Shown here: in pieces, positions 1-7,486 of the stretch
Layout: each line of letters starts with the position of its first letter
Numbering within the stretch: the stretch's first letter is position 1
From: Polyangiales bacterium
Lineage (GTDB): Bacteria; Myxococcota_A; Polyangia; Polyangiales; Houyiibacteriaceae
Direction of reading: 5' to 3'
Assembly (NCBI GenBank): GCA_045106895.1
Contig: JBGCFM010000158.1
Span: 1 to 17,175 of the forward strand
Length of the DNA stretch: 17,175 bases
Notes under the pieces: model-generated
The model's database searches: none
Seen by the model: only the letters and a program-made list of their open reading frames with translations
What the model was told of the DNA's origin: nothing
Translations under genes and position numbers: made by a program

Positions 1-38
1 GAACACGAAATCCCGACGTGTTGGTTGCACCATTGTTC

Positions 39-263
39 TCACCCCAAGCTCGCCAGCGCCGCGATGAGCACCCGCCGCGCCCCCACCACGTCCCCGTGCT
101 CCCAAAGCTCCGCCGCATCACGCAGCAGCTCGGGCAACGCATGCGCCGAATACCGGTGTGTCACACCACTATCGTGCACCTCGATGGCGCTTGCTGGCGC
201 TGCTTGACGCACCACCTCATCGGAACCCCCTGGAAACAAGGGCTTCACGTTGCTTCGAGCGCG
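39..263 (-). pseudogene. Possible detached C-terminal segment of an att-split gene (integrase?)
   Basis: The frame of ORF 39..248 stays open upstream through the whole tRNA fragment to a TAA at 324-326. It ends in an amphipathic helical segment (LPELLRDAAELWEHGDVVGARRVLIAALASLG). Identity is inferred from position only. Confidence 0.35.
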
Positions 264-318
264 TTTAGGTTCCCGTATTGGTGACAGTGTGGAGGTTCGA
301 TTCCTCTCTTCCGTACCA
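264..318 (+). mobile_element. 3' half of tRNA-Leu(TAG), probable displaced att junction (attR-type) of an integrative element lying to the left
   Basis: TTTAGGT anticodon loop (TAG), TCCCG 3' anticodon stem, variable arm ATTG-GTGA-CAGT, T arm GGAGG-TTCGATT-CCTCT, acceptor strand CTTCCGT-A-CCA. The upstream sequence has no matching 5' anticodon stem, D arm or 5' acceptor strand, so this is not an intact tRNA. Confidence 0.85.
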
Positions 319-321
319 AGC

Positions 322-373
322 CTTTAAGTAGTCATCTCGGTGACTGCAAAGACGAACATTTCGCAAAAGCGAA
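322..373. terminator. Two stem-loops immediately downstream of the tRNA 3' end
   Basis: GTAGTCAT-CTCG-GTGACTGC (328-347, with G-U pairs, extendable by CTTT/AAAG) and TTCGC-AAAA-GCGAA (360-373), lying between the tRNA end and the convergent stop at 418. There is no clear U-tract. Confidence 0.35.
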
Positions 374-417
374 GCGCCCGAGACGACGACCCCGGCGCAC
401 GGGAATCTCATCGACTG

Positions 418-1017
418 TCACTCGGTCCAGAGGTCAGCGAGATACCCTAACGCTAGCTCGCGGAGGCGTGGAGAGTGCAGTCGCTTGGCTTCCGCGGTCC
501 ACTCCTCGATGTCGCGTTTGGGCTCCTTTGCCAGCGCGACAAACGCCGTGTCGAGCACTCGGAAGCGGGCTTCGTCGTCGAGCTCAGGCACCGCGTCCAT
601 CCGCTCGCGCGGTGAGCCCGAGCCATGAGCGACGAGGTGTCCGTGTGCCACGGCCAGCCAGTGGGGGGCGAAGGGGTCCGCGCCATCGAAGTGTCGTAGC
701 TCCGCTCGTGCTTCGTCCTCTTGCCCCAGCGCAGCCAGTCGACCAATCAGCGCCGCTCTGGAGCCACCTAGCCGGTACACCCACGGGTAGGGAGCCATGC
801 GTTTGAGCAGCCTGAGGGCTCGACGGGTCTGCTCAAGGGAGAGATGTCGCACCACCGCACAGAAGGGCCCATCGTCGTTGCCTGGGTCCATCGGCGAGTC
901 CGCGATTGCTTCGTACGCGTCGAACATGGCCTCGAAGAGCGTGTCTTGCTCTGCTCCCTCGGCCCTCGCGGCGCGGGCGCCGAGCTCCCAGGCGATGAAC
1001 CTCGGATCATCGCTCAT
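418..1017 (-). CDS. Hypothetical protein, 199 aa, probably all-helical
   Basis: ATG start, protein-like Ala/Leu/Glu/Asp/Arg composition, best ORF in the interval; no recognised motif. Confidence 0.7.
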   Translation of the reverse strand: MSDDPRFIAWELGARAARAEGAEQDTLFEAMFDAYEAIADSPMDPGNDDGPFCAVVRHLSLEQTRRALRLLKRMAPYPWVYRLGGSRAALIGRLAALGQEDEARAELRHFDGADPFAPHWLAVAHGHLVAHGSGSPRERMDAVPELDDEARFRVLDTAFVALAKEPKRDIEEWTAEAKRLHSPRLRELALGYLADLWTE

Positions 1018-1064
1018 GGTGTTCCATGTTGTCGCGCATTCATCGCTCCGTGGTAGATGATGGG

Positions 1065-1442
1065 GTGTCTCAACTGAAACAAGTGGTTGTAAAATTCGCC
1101 GCAGCGGTTCCGCTGGGTCACCAGGTGGAGGTCGTTTGGTATCAGGTCGTCAAGGACGGCTGGAGCGGCGTCAAAATCGAAGAATTCGCCTACCTGCCGC
1201 AGATCACGGATCTGGACACGGGTATCGAATACCTCAATGCGCATTTGGTTGCGGATACAGGCTCCTGGAGGACGATGGAGCCGCGGAGTGTGTCAGACGA
1301 CATCAACGCGCCTTTCGAAGTGCAGCGGGTGCTGAGGGGCAAAGTGCGTCGCTGTCGTCTCATCACAATCGGCAACTACGAAATAGGCATTCAGACACAC
1401 CTCGATATTGAGCCGGAGACAGACCAGTCAGCGTACCGGTGA
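1065..1442 (+). CDS. Hypothetical protein, about 125 aa, beta-rich
   Basis: Within ORF 1026..1442. The in-frame GTG at 1065 is preferred because the ATG at 1026 is only 8 nt from the divergent start at 1017. The stop overlaps the next start (GTGA, 1439-1442). Confidence 0.7.
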   Translation: MSQLKQVVVKFAAAVPLGHQVEVVWYQVVKDGWSGVKIEEFAYLPQITDLDTGIEYLNAHLVADTGSWRTMEPRSVSDDINAPFEVQRVLRGKVRRCRLITIGNYEIGIQTHLDIEPETDQSAYR

Positions 1443-2248
1443 GCACGGACCAAGACTCATCGTCGGCAATCGAACTGCCGGTGGGAACGCCGCACATGGC
1501 CGGCGCCTTGCCTCTCATGGGCTGCGGCCTTTGGATCATGTTTGGGTTCCTCGCCGCGGCGGTGAAGGCGATGAGCTTCGCCACCTGGGGACTCTTCCTG
1601 TTGGGGCTGGGTCTTTTTGTGGGAGGCGTGCGCCTGCAGACGCGGCTCGCGCGGCGGCGCGTTACGGCAGGGGCCGACGGCATTCGCATCCAGCGATGGC
1701 TGCGAAAACCACGCTTCTATTCGTGGGACGAAGTCCTCGGCTTCGCGCGCACGAAACACAAGCTTCTCCTGCAGACCATGGAGGGCAACAAGCATGTGGG
1801 CACACACGTGGAGACCGCGCCGGACCCGAAAGTGGACGCTCGACCTACGTGGGCGCCGGGCCTCGGCGCACAAGCGACGTACAACGAACTCATCAGCGCT
1901 GCGAAGGCGAACTACAAACTGAACGGTCGACTGCGCTGCGCCGAAGTCATCGAAGGTTTGCCGCCGGAAGAGTGGCGAGCGGCGCTGGAGAAGTCCCTCG
2001 GGAGCGGCGACTACCGCGGCCGCGGGCTGAGTCGCGAAGACCTCGTCTTCGATCTGGAAAACCCCGCCGCACCCATCGAGCTGCGCGCCACCATCGCCGG
2101 TTTGATCCGTCCTCGGGCAGAGGATGTGAAGCGCTTTCGGAGCGCATTCCAAGCTGCCGCCGCTCCAAGAGTTCGCGTCGCCATCGAAGAGGCGATGGTG
2201 CACGTCGAAGCCATCGAGGACTCCGCCGATCAAGAGCGCGAGCGCTGA
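1439..2248 (+). CDS. Hypothetical membrane protein: two N-terminal TM helices, possible bacterial PH-like segment, helical C-terminus
   Basis: Hydrophobic stretches LPLMGCGLWIMFGFLAAAV and WGLFLLGLGLFVGGV, then RVTAGADGIRIQRWLRKPRFYSWDEV, which resembles bacterial PH-domain starts. GTGA coupling to the upstream gene. Confidence 0.75.
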   Translation: MSTDQDSSSAIELPVGTPHMAGALPLMGCGLWIMFGFLAAAVKAMSFATWGLFLLGLGLFVGGVRLQTRLARRRVTAGADGIRIQRWLRKPRFYSWDEVLGFARTKHKLLLQTMEGNKHVGTHVETAPDPKVDARPTWAPGLGAQATYNELISAAKANYKLNGRLRCAEVIEGLPPEEWRAALEKSLGSGDYRGRGLSREDLVFDLENPAAPIELRATIAGLIRPRAEDVKRFRSAFQAAAAPRVRVAIEEAMVHVEAIEDSADQERER

Positions 2249-2310
2249 CGCGCGGCTTGAAGACCGCACCAAGACCCTCGCGTATGCGGAATGTGGCGCC
2301 GAAGGGCCTT

Positions 2311-2754
2311 TTAGACCGCGGGGTGCACGACGAGGCGAGAATCGGACTCTAAGCTCTCCGGATCCGTCGCTTGGAGCCGGAGGCTCGCGCCGGAGTCGAA
2401 GGTGATCACGACAGACCACTCGGCGCCTTCACGCGCCTCGACGGTGTCCACGTTCAGGCTCCTGGATGCGAGCATGTCAGTCACATCGACGAACTCATCG
2501 ACGATGTCTTCGTAGCCCGCGAATGCGTCTTCCTCGCCGACGACCTCGCTCCAGAAGGTCTCACCCATACTAAGAAAGAACCTTTGCCAGAGGCCGTCGC
2601 TGCACTGGAGCAAGAGCATGTCGACCAAGTCTGGCGTTGGGCCGTAACAGAGCACGCGAAGGACGAGTTCGCCCTTGAGCTCACGGGAGACGAACGACCC
2701 AACTTGGCCGCGTGCGCCACGTGCTCGCCTGCCTTCCTCGCGCGTCGGGCTCAC
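2311..2754 (-). CDS. Hypothetical acidic protein, 147 aa
   Basis: GTG start overlaps the NADAR stop (4-nt overlap 2751-2754); globular alpha/beta-looking sequence rich in D/E. The exact start is uncertain. Confidence 0.65.
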   Translation of the reverse strand: MSPTREEGRRARGARGQVGSFVSRELKGELVLRVLCYGPTPDLVDMLLLQCSDGLWQRFFLSMGETFWSEVVGEEDAFAGYEDIVDEFVDVTDMLASRSLNVDTVEAREGAEWSVVITFDSGASLRLQATDPESLESDSRLVVHPAV

Positions 2755-3392
2755 CGATGACTCGCGGTCGAGCGCTCCGCTTTGAGCGCATCTCGGACCG
2801 CCATCAGGAGCTGCCCCAGCATGTTCTTTCCACGTCCGTCGCCGCCGTCGCCCCAGTAGGCGTCGTTTTCTGTGTGCTCGACGAGCTTGGCGTCGCCCGT
2901 CGCGAGAAGCATCACCGCTAAGTCTTCGTGCTGGCGAAACTTGGCGTCCAGGGCGGCGCGCATGACGGAGACCTTTGACGACTCCCAGTCTCGCCGGAGC
3001 TTGCGCTTGCGGTCGCGGCCTAGGCGCGCAGCGATCATTGGTGTCTTGGCCGTGCGTACAGCTTTGACGTCCTTCGGATCGGCGAACTTCTGCGCTTGAA
3101 AGTAGTGCTCCGTGGTCTTCCAGCGGTGCTTGCCGATGACGATGGGAAAGAGCGCAAAGTTCGACAGCTCGCCGTACTCGTCCGTGACGGAGTAGAAACG
3201 AATGACGGCAGGGGTGTTCTCTTCGCTTGCGCGCAACTCATCTTCGACGACGGCATCGTCGAGTCGTCGCCGAGCGCGTTTTGCTGCTTTGACCGTGGCG
3301 CGCTGAGCCTTCTCGGCCGCTTTGCTTGAGTGCCACGCGCCGGAACCATGCTTTGGTTTTGCCTTCTTTTCTGCTCGGTCGCGCTGACTCAT
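2751..3392 (-). CDS. ybiA: NADAR family protein, YbiA-like N-glycosidase, with about 60-aa basic N-terminal extension
   Basis: Motifs FYS..DEYGELSNF, TTEHYFQAQKF, AARLGRDR, DWESSK..VMR.AL.AKF.QH, LVEHTENDAYWGDGGDGRGKNMLGQLLM closely match E. coli YbiA as I recall it. ATG at 3392 is chosen because the longer ORF (3542) would overlap the divergent lipoprotein gene. Confidence 0.93.
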   Translation of the reverse strand: MSQRDRAEKKAKPKHGSGAWHSSKAAEKAQRATVKAAKRARRRLDDAVVEDELRASEENTPAVIRFYSVTDEYGELSNFALFPIVIGKHRWKTTEHYFQAQKFADPKDVKAVRTAKTPMIAARLGRDRKRKLRRDWESSKVSVMRAALDAKFRQHEDLAVMLLATGDAKLVEHTENDAYWGDGGDGRGKNMLGQLLMAVRDALKAERSTASHR

Positions 3393-3486
3393 CGTGCAGC
3401 AAACTAACACACGCGAGCCGCGTTCTGCGCCGAGCGGTGAAACCTGTGCGTGTATTTGAGAGCGGTACAAGCCTGCTCCGACTACG

Positions 3487-4059
3487 ATGCGGGTTGTGCG
3501 CCAAGCAACGCTCCCTCTCGTCGTCACGCTCGTCGCGCTCATCGGCGCATGCGGTCACGATGTCACCTCCGTCGACGTCATGTTCTTGGCGTCGGACAAC
3601 CCAGGGCAGACTCAGACGCAGCTTCCGTGGGGCTCGTACGAGCGCATCGCGCGGGAGGACCACGCGGTGCATGTATTTGCGCGTCTGTCCGAGCACTACG
3701 ACGACACGACGACCTTCGACGCAGCGCGTGTCGCTCGGGTGCGTGCGGGAAGCGAGGCGCTGAATGTACGCGTGGCTTTCACCGCGTGGTCCGGGGTGGA
3801 TGCGGAGGCCACGGAACTCGCGCAAACGGTGCTTGAGACTCAGGTGCTCCAAGACGGAAGCTCGCACGCCTGCAGCCCGGCGACCCAGGCCGCGTGGACT
3901 TGCCCAGTTCGGTACAAGGAGCTTGAGGTGCGTGTCCGCTACGAACTTCCGGGCGCGGCGGGGGAATCACGGGAGCACGAGGTCATGGTGCGTTTGGCGC
4001 CAGCTCATCTCCGTCACGAGGTAAACAACAGCGTCGCCCTTACGATTGGCGGCGTCTGA
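3487..4059 (+). CDS. Hypothetical lipoprotein, 190 aa
   Basis: Signal peptide MRVVRQATLPLVVTLVALIGA-C with an IGAC lipobox; beta-rich mature part with a Cys pair. Confidence 0.75.
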   Translation: MRVVRQATLPLVVTLVALIGACGHDVTSVDVMFLASDNPGQTQTQLPWGSYERIAREDHAVHVFARLSEHYDDTTTFDAARVARVRAGSEALNVRVAFTAWSGVDAEATELAQTVLETQVLQDGSSHACSPATQAAWTCPVRYKELEVRVRYELPGAAGESREHEVMVRLAPAHLRHEVNNSVALTIGGV

Positions 4060-4074
4060 TTCGAAGGAACGCGC

Positions 4075-4299
4075 CTACCTTCTCCTGCCTTTGAGCAACT
4101 CGCTCACCACCACTCTCATCTCACGCGCCACCCTCGACGGCACGCTGCTGGCCACGACTTTGTCAGGGCCATTGGCGAGGAAGTCTTTCCCGCTCTGGCT
4201 TTTGCTGGCTTTTTGTTCGTGGTTGCTCCAGCTCACCGAGCCGTCGGCGCCGACGTACGCCGACCAGTAGGGCCACACCCACTCGCGTTGCGTGCTCAT
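4075..4299 (-). CDS. Small hypothetical protein, 74 aa
   Basis: ATG overlaps the upstream stop (ATGA, 4296-4299) and the ORF fills the gap to the convergent lipoprotein stop. Confidence 0.55.
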   Translation of the reverse strand: MSTQREWVWPYWSAYVGADGSVSWSNHEQKASKSQSGKDFLANGPDKVVASSVPSRVAREMRVVVSELLKGRRR

Positions 4300-6326
4300 G
4301 GTGCAGTCCTCCGCCGGACGAAGGCGAGGGCGCCGAGGAGCGTGAAGAGCACGAAGGGAGAAGAGTCGCCGCTGCCAGGCGTCGTACTACAGGCGCCGCC
4401 GGAGGGGCCGACCAGACTTGCTCCGCTGTCGCCGCCGGCGTCCATTCCGCCGGCGTCCATGCCGCCGGTGTCCATGCCGGCATCCACTCCGCCGGCGTCC
4501 ATGCCTGCATCGCCGCCCGCGTCCATGCCTGCATCCAGGCCGCCTGCGTCCGGAACACCCGCGTCCATATCGGCTGGACAGAGTGTGGTGCAGATGGAGA
4601 CGTCTTGCTCTCCGCCGCCGGGGTCGCACATCTCGCCGCTGTCTGTGACGCCGTCGCCGCAGAAGGGCAGGCGGCAGGTCGTTCGGCACGCGTCGGCTTC
4701 CGCGTCGGAGTTCGCCGCGCCTGCGTCGCACTCTTCGCTGGTCACGACGATGCCATCGCCGCAGAACGTCTCGCACGCGGAGGCCGGGTCCGCGGCGTCG
4801 GCGCGGACAAACCCGGGCGGGCAGACGCAGTCGTTGTCGGCGCCCACGTTGTTGACGCACTCTTCGTCTTCCCTGCAGCCGCCCATGCCGAGGGCGCACT
4901 CGTCGATGTCCGTGCACATCGCGCCATCGCCCGTGAAGCCTTCGTCGCACGCGCACGAGAAGCCCGGCGAGAGGTTGTTGCACGTCGCGTTGTCGTCACA
5001 GGTGCCGCTGAAGATGAAGTCCCCGCACTCGTCGTAGTCGGTGCAGGTCACGCCGTCGCCGGCCCACTCTGGGCCGTTGCAGGTGCACGCGAAGCTTCCG
5101 GGCGTATTGATGCAGGCTGCGTTCTCGTCGCAATTGTCGATGCCCCTCCCGCACTCGTTCACGTCCGTGCAGCCGCTGCCGCTTGCGCTGCCGTCTCCAA
5201 GGTAGCCCGCGGGGCAGGAGCAGACGAAGTCTCCAATGGCGTTGGTCGGGTCCACACACGAGGCAATGGCGACGCAGTTGTCGAGTCCAGCAGTGCACTC
5301 CGTAGCGACGGCACATCTGGTGCCGTTGCTTGCGTAGCCGGCGGCGCAGGAGCAGGCGTAGCCCGGCGAACTCCATGAGCCGACGGGGCGCTCGAAGCAT
5401 CCATTGCCTCTCGGGCCGGCGCCGTCGTCGTTGGGTCCGCACGGATCTGCTGCACACTCGTCGATGTCGTTGCAGCCCGTGCCGCTGGCGCGTCCGTTGC
5501 CTTCGTAGCCATCTGCGCAGTCGCAGGCGAAGACCGATGAGCTGCCCGGAGTGTTCAGGCACGCAGCGGCCGCAACACAGTCATCGACGCCAGCCAGACA
5601 AGCGTCGACGAGCACGCAGCCTGTGCCGTCGAAGGCGAACCCGGCAGGGCAGCTGCAGTCGAAACCAGGGGCGCTCCAGCCCGCGAGGGGTCGCTCGGAG
5701 CAAGTGCCGGTTCCGCAGTGGTTCGCATCACATTCATTGACGTCGGTGCAGTTGTCGCCCCAGTCGACGTCGCTGTTCGACGGCGGGCTGACGGTGCCCG
5801 GCGCGCAGGAGAAAGCGAAGCGGTAGTGGTATGCGTTTGCGTTCTCCGGCGCAGGGCTTGAGCCGGCTGTCGCTGGGCCCGTGATCCGCGTCGCTCTGCA
5901 CAGCACATTGCCGGCGCATGTGACCGGCGAGCCAGCGCCGCCGGCGCAGACGAGCATGTCGCAGTTGGCCTCGGCCTCAACGGGGAAACCCGCGGATCCG
6001 CCGCCGTCGAGCTCAGCGAGATTGCTGATTCCGTCGCCGTCGCTGTCGCCGTCGCCAAGGCTGCTGGACCAGCCGCGGGTGCGGTACTCGATGCCAAAAA
6101 CGTTAAGGCATGGCGACCACGGGTCCGCCGCGCTGCTCGCGTTGCAGTCGCCGCCATTGACGGGGTCCACGTGGCAGTCGTTGCACTCATGGGCGATGGT
6201 TCCAGGAAGCTCAGTGCGCCCGTAGCGGGTGTTGACGTCGGATGGATGCGCCGACGCCGAGTTCGACGTGGCGAGGAGCGTCGCGAAGAGGAAGAAGGCG
6301 GAGGTGAGACAAAATGTATGGCGCAT
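4296..6326 (-). CDS. Secreted, surface-anchored protein: CxxCH temptin-like head, 7 EGF-like (mostly Ca-binding type) repeats, 2 myxobacterial Cys-rich repeats, DAG linker, MYXO-CTERM tail
   Basis: Sec signal ending ASA-H; ECNDCH; DSDGDGISNLAEL; repeats opening DVNEC/DIDEC/DYDEC with C.NTPGSF.C.C..G..GDG..C; CGDG.V...E.CD.G twice; DAG repeats; GGACSTTPG...FVLFTLLGALAFVRRR. Confidence 0.92.
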   Translation of the reverse strand: MRHTFCLTSAFFLFATLLATSNSASAHPSDVNTRYGRTELPGTIAHECNDCHVDPVNGGDCNASSAADPWSPCLNVFGIEYRTRGWSSSLGDGDSDGDGISNLAELDGGGSAGFPVEAEANCDMLVCAGGAGSPVTCAGNVLCRATRITGPATAGSSPAPENANAYHYRFAFSCAPGTVSPPSNSDVDWGDNCTDVNECDANHCGTGTCSERPLAGWSAPGFDCSCPAGFAFDGTGCVLVDACLAGVDDCVAAAACLNTPGSSSVFACDCADGYEGNGRASGTGCNDIDECAADPCGPNDDGAGPRGNGCFERPVGSWSSPGYACSCAAGYASNGTRCAVATECTAGLDNCVAIASCVDPTNAIGDFVCSCPAGYLGDGSASGSGCTDVNECGRGIDNCDENAACINTPGSFACTCNGPEWAGDGVTCTDYDECGDFIFSGTCDDNATCNNLSPGFSCACDEGFTGDGAMCTDIDECALGMGGCREDEECVNNVGADNDCVCPPGFVRADAADPASACETFCGDGIVVTSEECDAGAANSDAEADACRTTCRLPFCGDGVTDSGEMCDPGGGEQDVSICTTLCPADMDAGVPDAGGLDAGMDAGGDAGMDAGGVDAGMDTGGMDAGGMDAGGDSGASLVGPSGGACSTTPGSGDSSPFVLFTLLGALAFVRRRTAP
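4420..4572 (-). repeat. Low-complexity coding tandem repeat, about 10 copies of (M/G/V/L)DAG(G)
   Basis: Repeated GCGTCCAT/GCATCC units on the + strand encode MDAGVPDAGGLDAGMDAGGDAGMDAGGVDAGMDTGGMDAGGMDAGGDSG. Confidence 0.9.
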
Positions 6327-6487
6327 GAAGAAGACCCGGCTCGACGCGCTGAGCCTGTCTTGACGAACTCCGCAAAAGTGCGGAGCTCCTGCGAACCCCC
6401 CGGCGCAGCCCCCATCATGGCAGACTCCGCCGTCAGTTGCGTAATTCTCGCGGCTTCTGATCGACGGCGCGCGTCACCTTGGTTGGG

Positions 6488-7417
6488 TCAGACTTTCTTC
6501 GACCTATCCGGGTAAGGAATGAACTCTTCGGAGTCACCTGGAACTTTGGGAAAACGTCCGGCTTTCCAGTCTTCGACGGCGGCCTTGATGCGCTCGCTGC
6601 TCGCCGAGACAAAGTTCCAGTCGATGCGTCTGCGGCCCACGCTCTGTCCGCCGATGATGGCCAAGCGAGTCTCTTCCGTGGCCTGCACGACGACGCCTTC
6701 TTCTGGCGCGAAGACGCCCATCGAGTGCGCGGGGATGGCCGTGTCTTTCGCTATCAGCGCGCCGCTCGCGACGTAGACTGCGCGCTCCGGCGCCTGGGGC
6801 AATGTGACGGTCTGGCCCTTCTGCATGTGCATCTCGACGTAGAGAGTCTCGGCAAAGGTCTTCACGGGAGACACCGCCCCGTAAGCCGCGCCCATGATGA
6901 CGCGGGTGTGAACTCCGTCCACATCGAGCGCAGGAATCGAATCCGATGGGTAGTGATGAAACTCGGGGGCCATCTCCGCGTCTTCTTCCGGCAGCGCGAG
7001 CCAAAGCTGAAGCGCGTGCACTCGATGAACAGTTGCGCGAAGGGCCGGGTCTTCACGTTCCGAGTGCGTGATTCCTCTGCCGGCGACCATCAGGTTGATG
7101 TCTCCGGGGCGAACGACCTGCTCGTTGCCCAACGAGTCACGGTGGAGGATCTCGCCCTCAAAGAGGTAGGTCACCGTGGCGAGGCCAATGTGCGGATGAG
7201 GGCGAACGCTGACGCCTTGCCCCGGGGGAAACTCCGCCGGTCCCAAGTGGTCGAAGAAGATCCAAGGCCCCACGGACTGCCGCGCGCCGCTCGGCAGACA
7301 CCGTCGTACGGTGAACCCGCCCAGGTCTTTGTCCTTCGTGTGGAGCACCATCTCCAGAGCTCCGCACCCTTCAGATACGAGACAGTCTTGCTCGGCGTCG
7401 TGTTGTACGTTGCTCAT
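6488..7417 (-). CDS. Pirin family protein (bicupin, metal-binding)
   Basis: DLGGFTVRRCLP, VGPWIFFDH, HPHIGLATVTYLFEGEILHRDSLG, MVAGRGITHSE, LQLWLALP, WNFVS...DWKAGRF. Confidence 0.96.
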   Translation of the reverse strand: MSNVQHDAEQDCLVSEGCGALEMVLHTKDKDLGGFTVRRCLPSGARQSVGPWIFFDHLGPAEFPPGQGVSVRPHPHIGLATVTYLFEGEILHRDSLGNEQVVRPGDINLMVAGRGITHSEREDPALRATVHRVHALQLWLALPEEDAEMAPEFHHYPSDSIPALDVDGVHTRVIMGAAYGAVSPVKTFAETLYVEMHMQKGQTVTLPQAPERAVYVASGALIAKDTAIPAHSMGVFAPEEGVVVQATEETRLAIIGGQSVGRRRIDWNFVSASSERIKAAVEDWKAGRFPKVPGDSEEFIPYPDRSKKV

Positions 7418-7486
7418 GCCAGCGAAGCTTAGACCGGAACAGGCACAAGGCGCGGGCTTTCCTCTGCGGGCCTCGTAGATGAAGTT

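Noticed and set aside
140..185. HDSGVTHRY as a tyrosine recombinase catalytic box (H...T..Y)
   Set aside because: The H-to-Y spacing is one residue short of the usual LGHxxxxxTxxY and the LG is missing, so it was not used as evidence.
232..318. Intact tRNA-Leu gene
   Set aside because: No 5' acceptor strand complementary to CTTCCGT, no D arm and no CGGGA 5' anticodon stem upstream of 264.
3393..3542. Longer NADAR start at 3542
   Set aside because: It would overlap the divergent lipoprotein gene and its promoter region, and the extra residues look non-coding.
4420..4572. Short DNA repeats as a CRISPR array or phase-variable tract
   Set aside because: The units are in-frame codon repeats of a DAG linker with no unique spacers.
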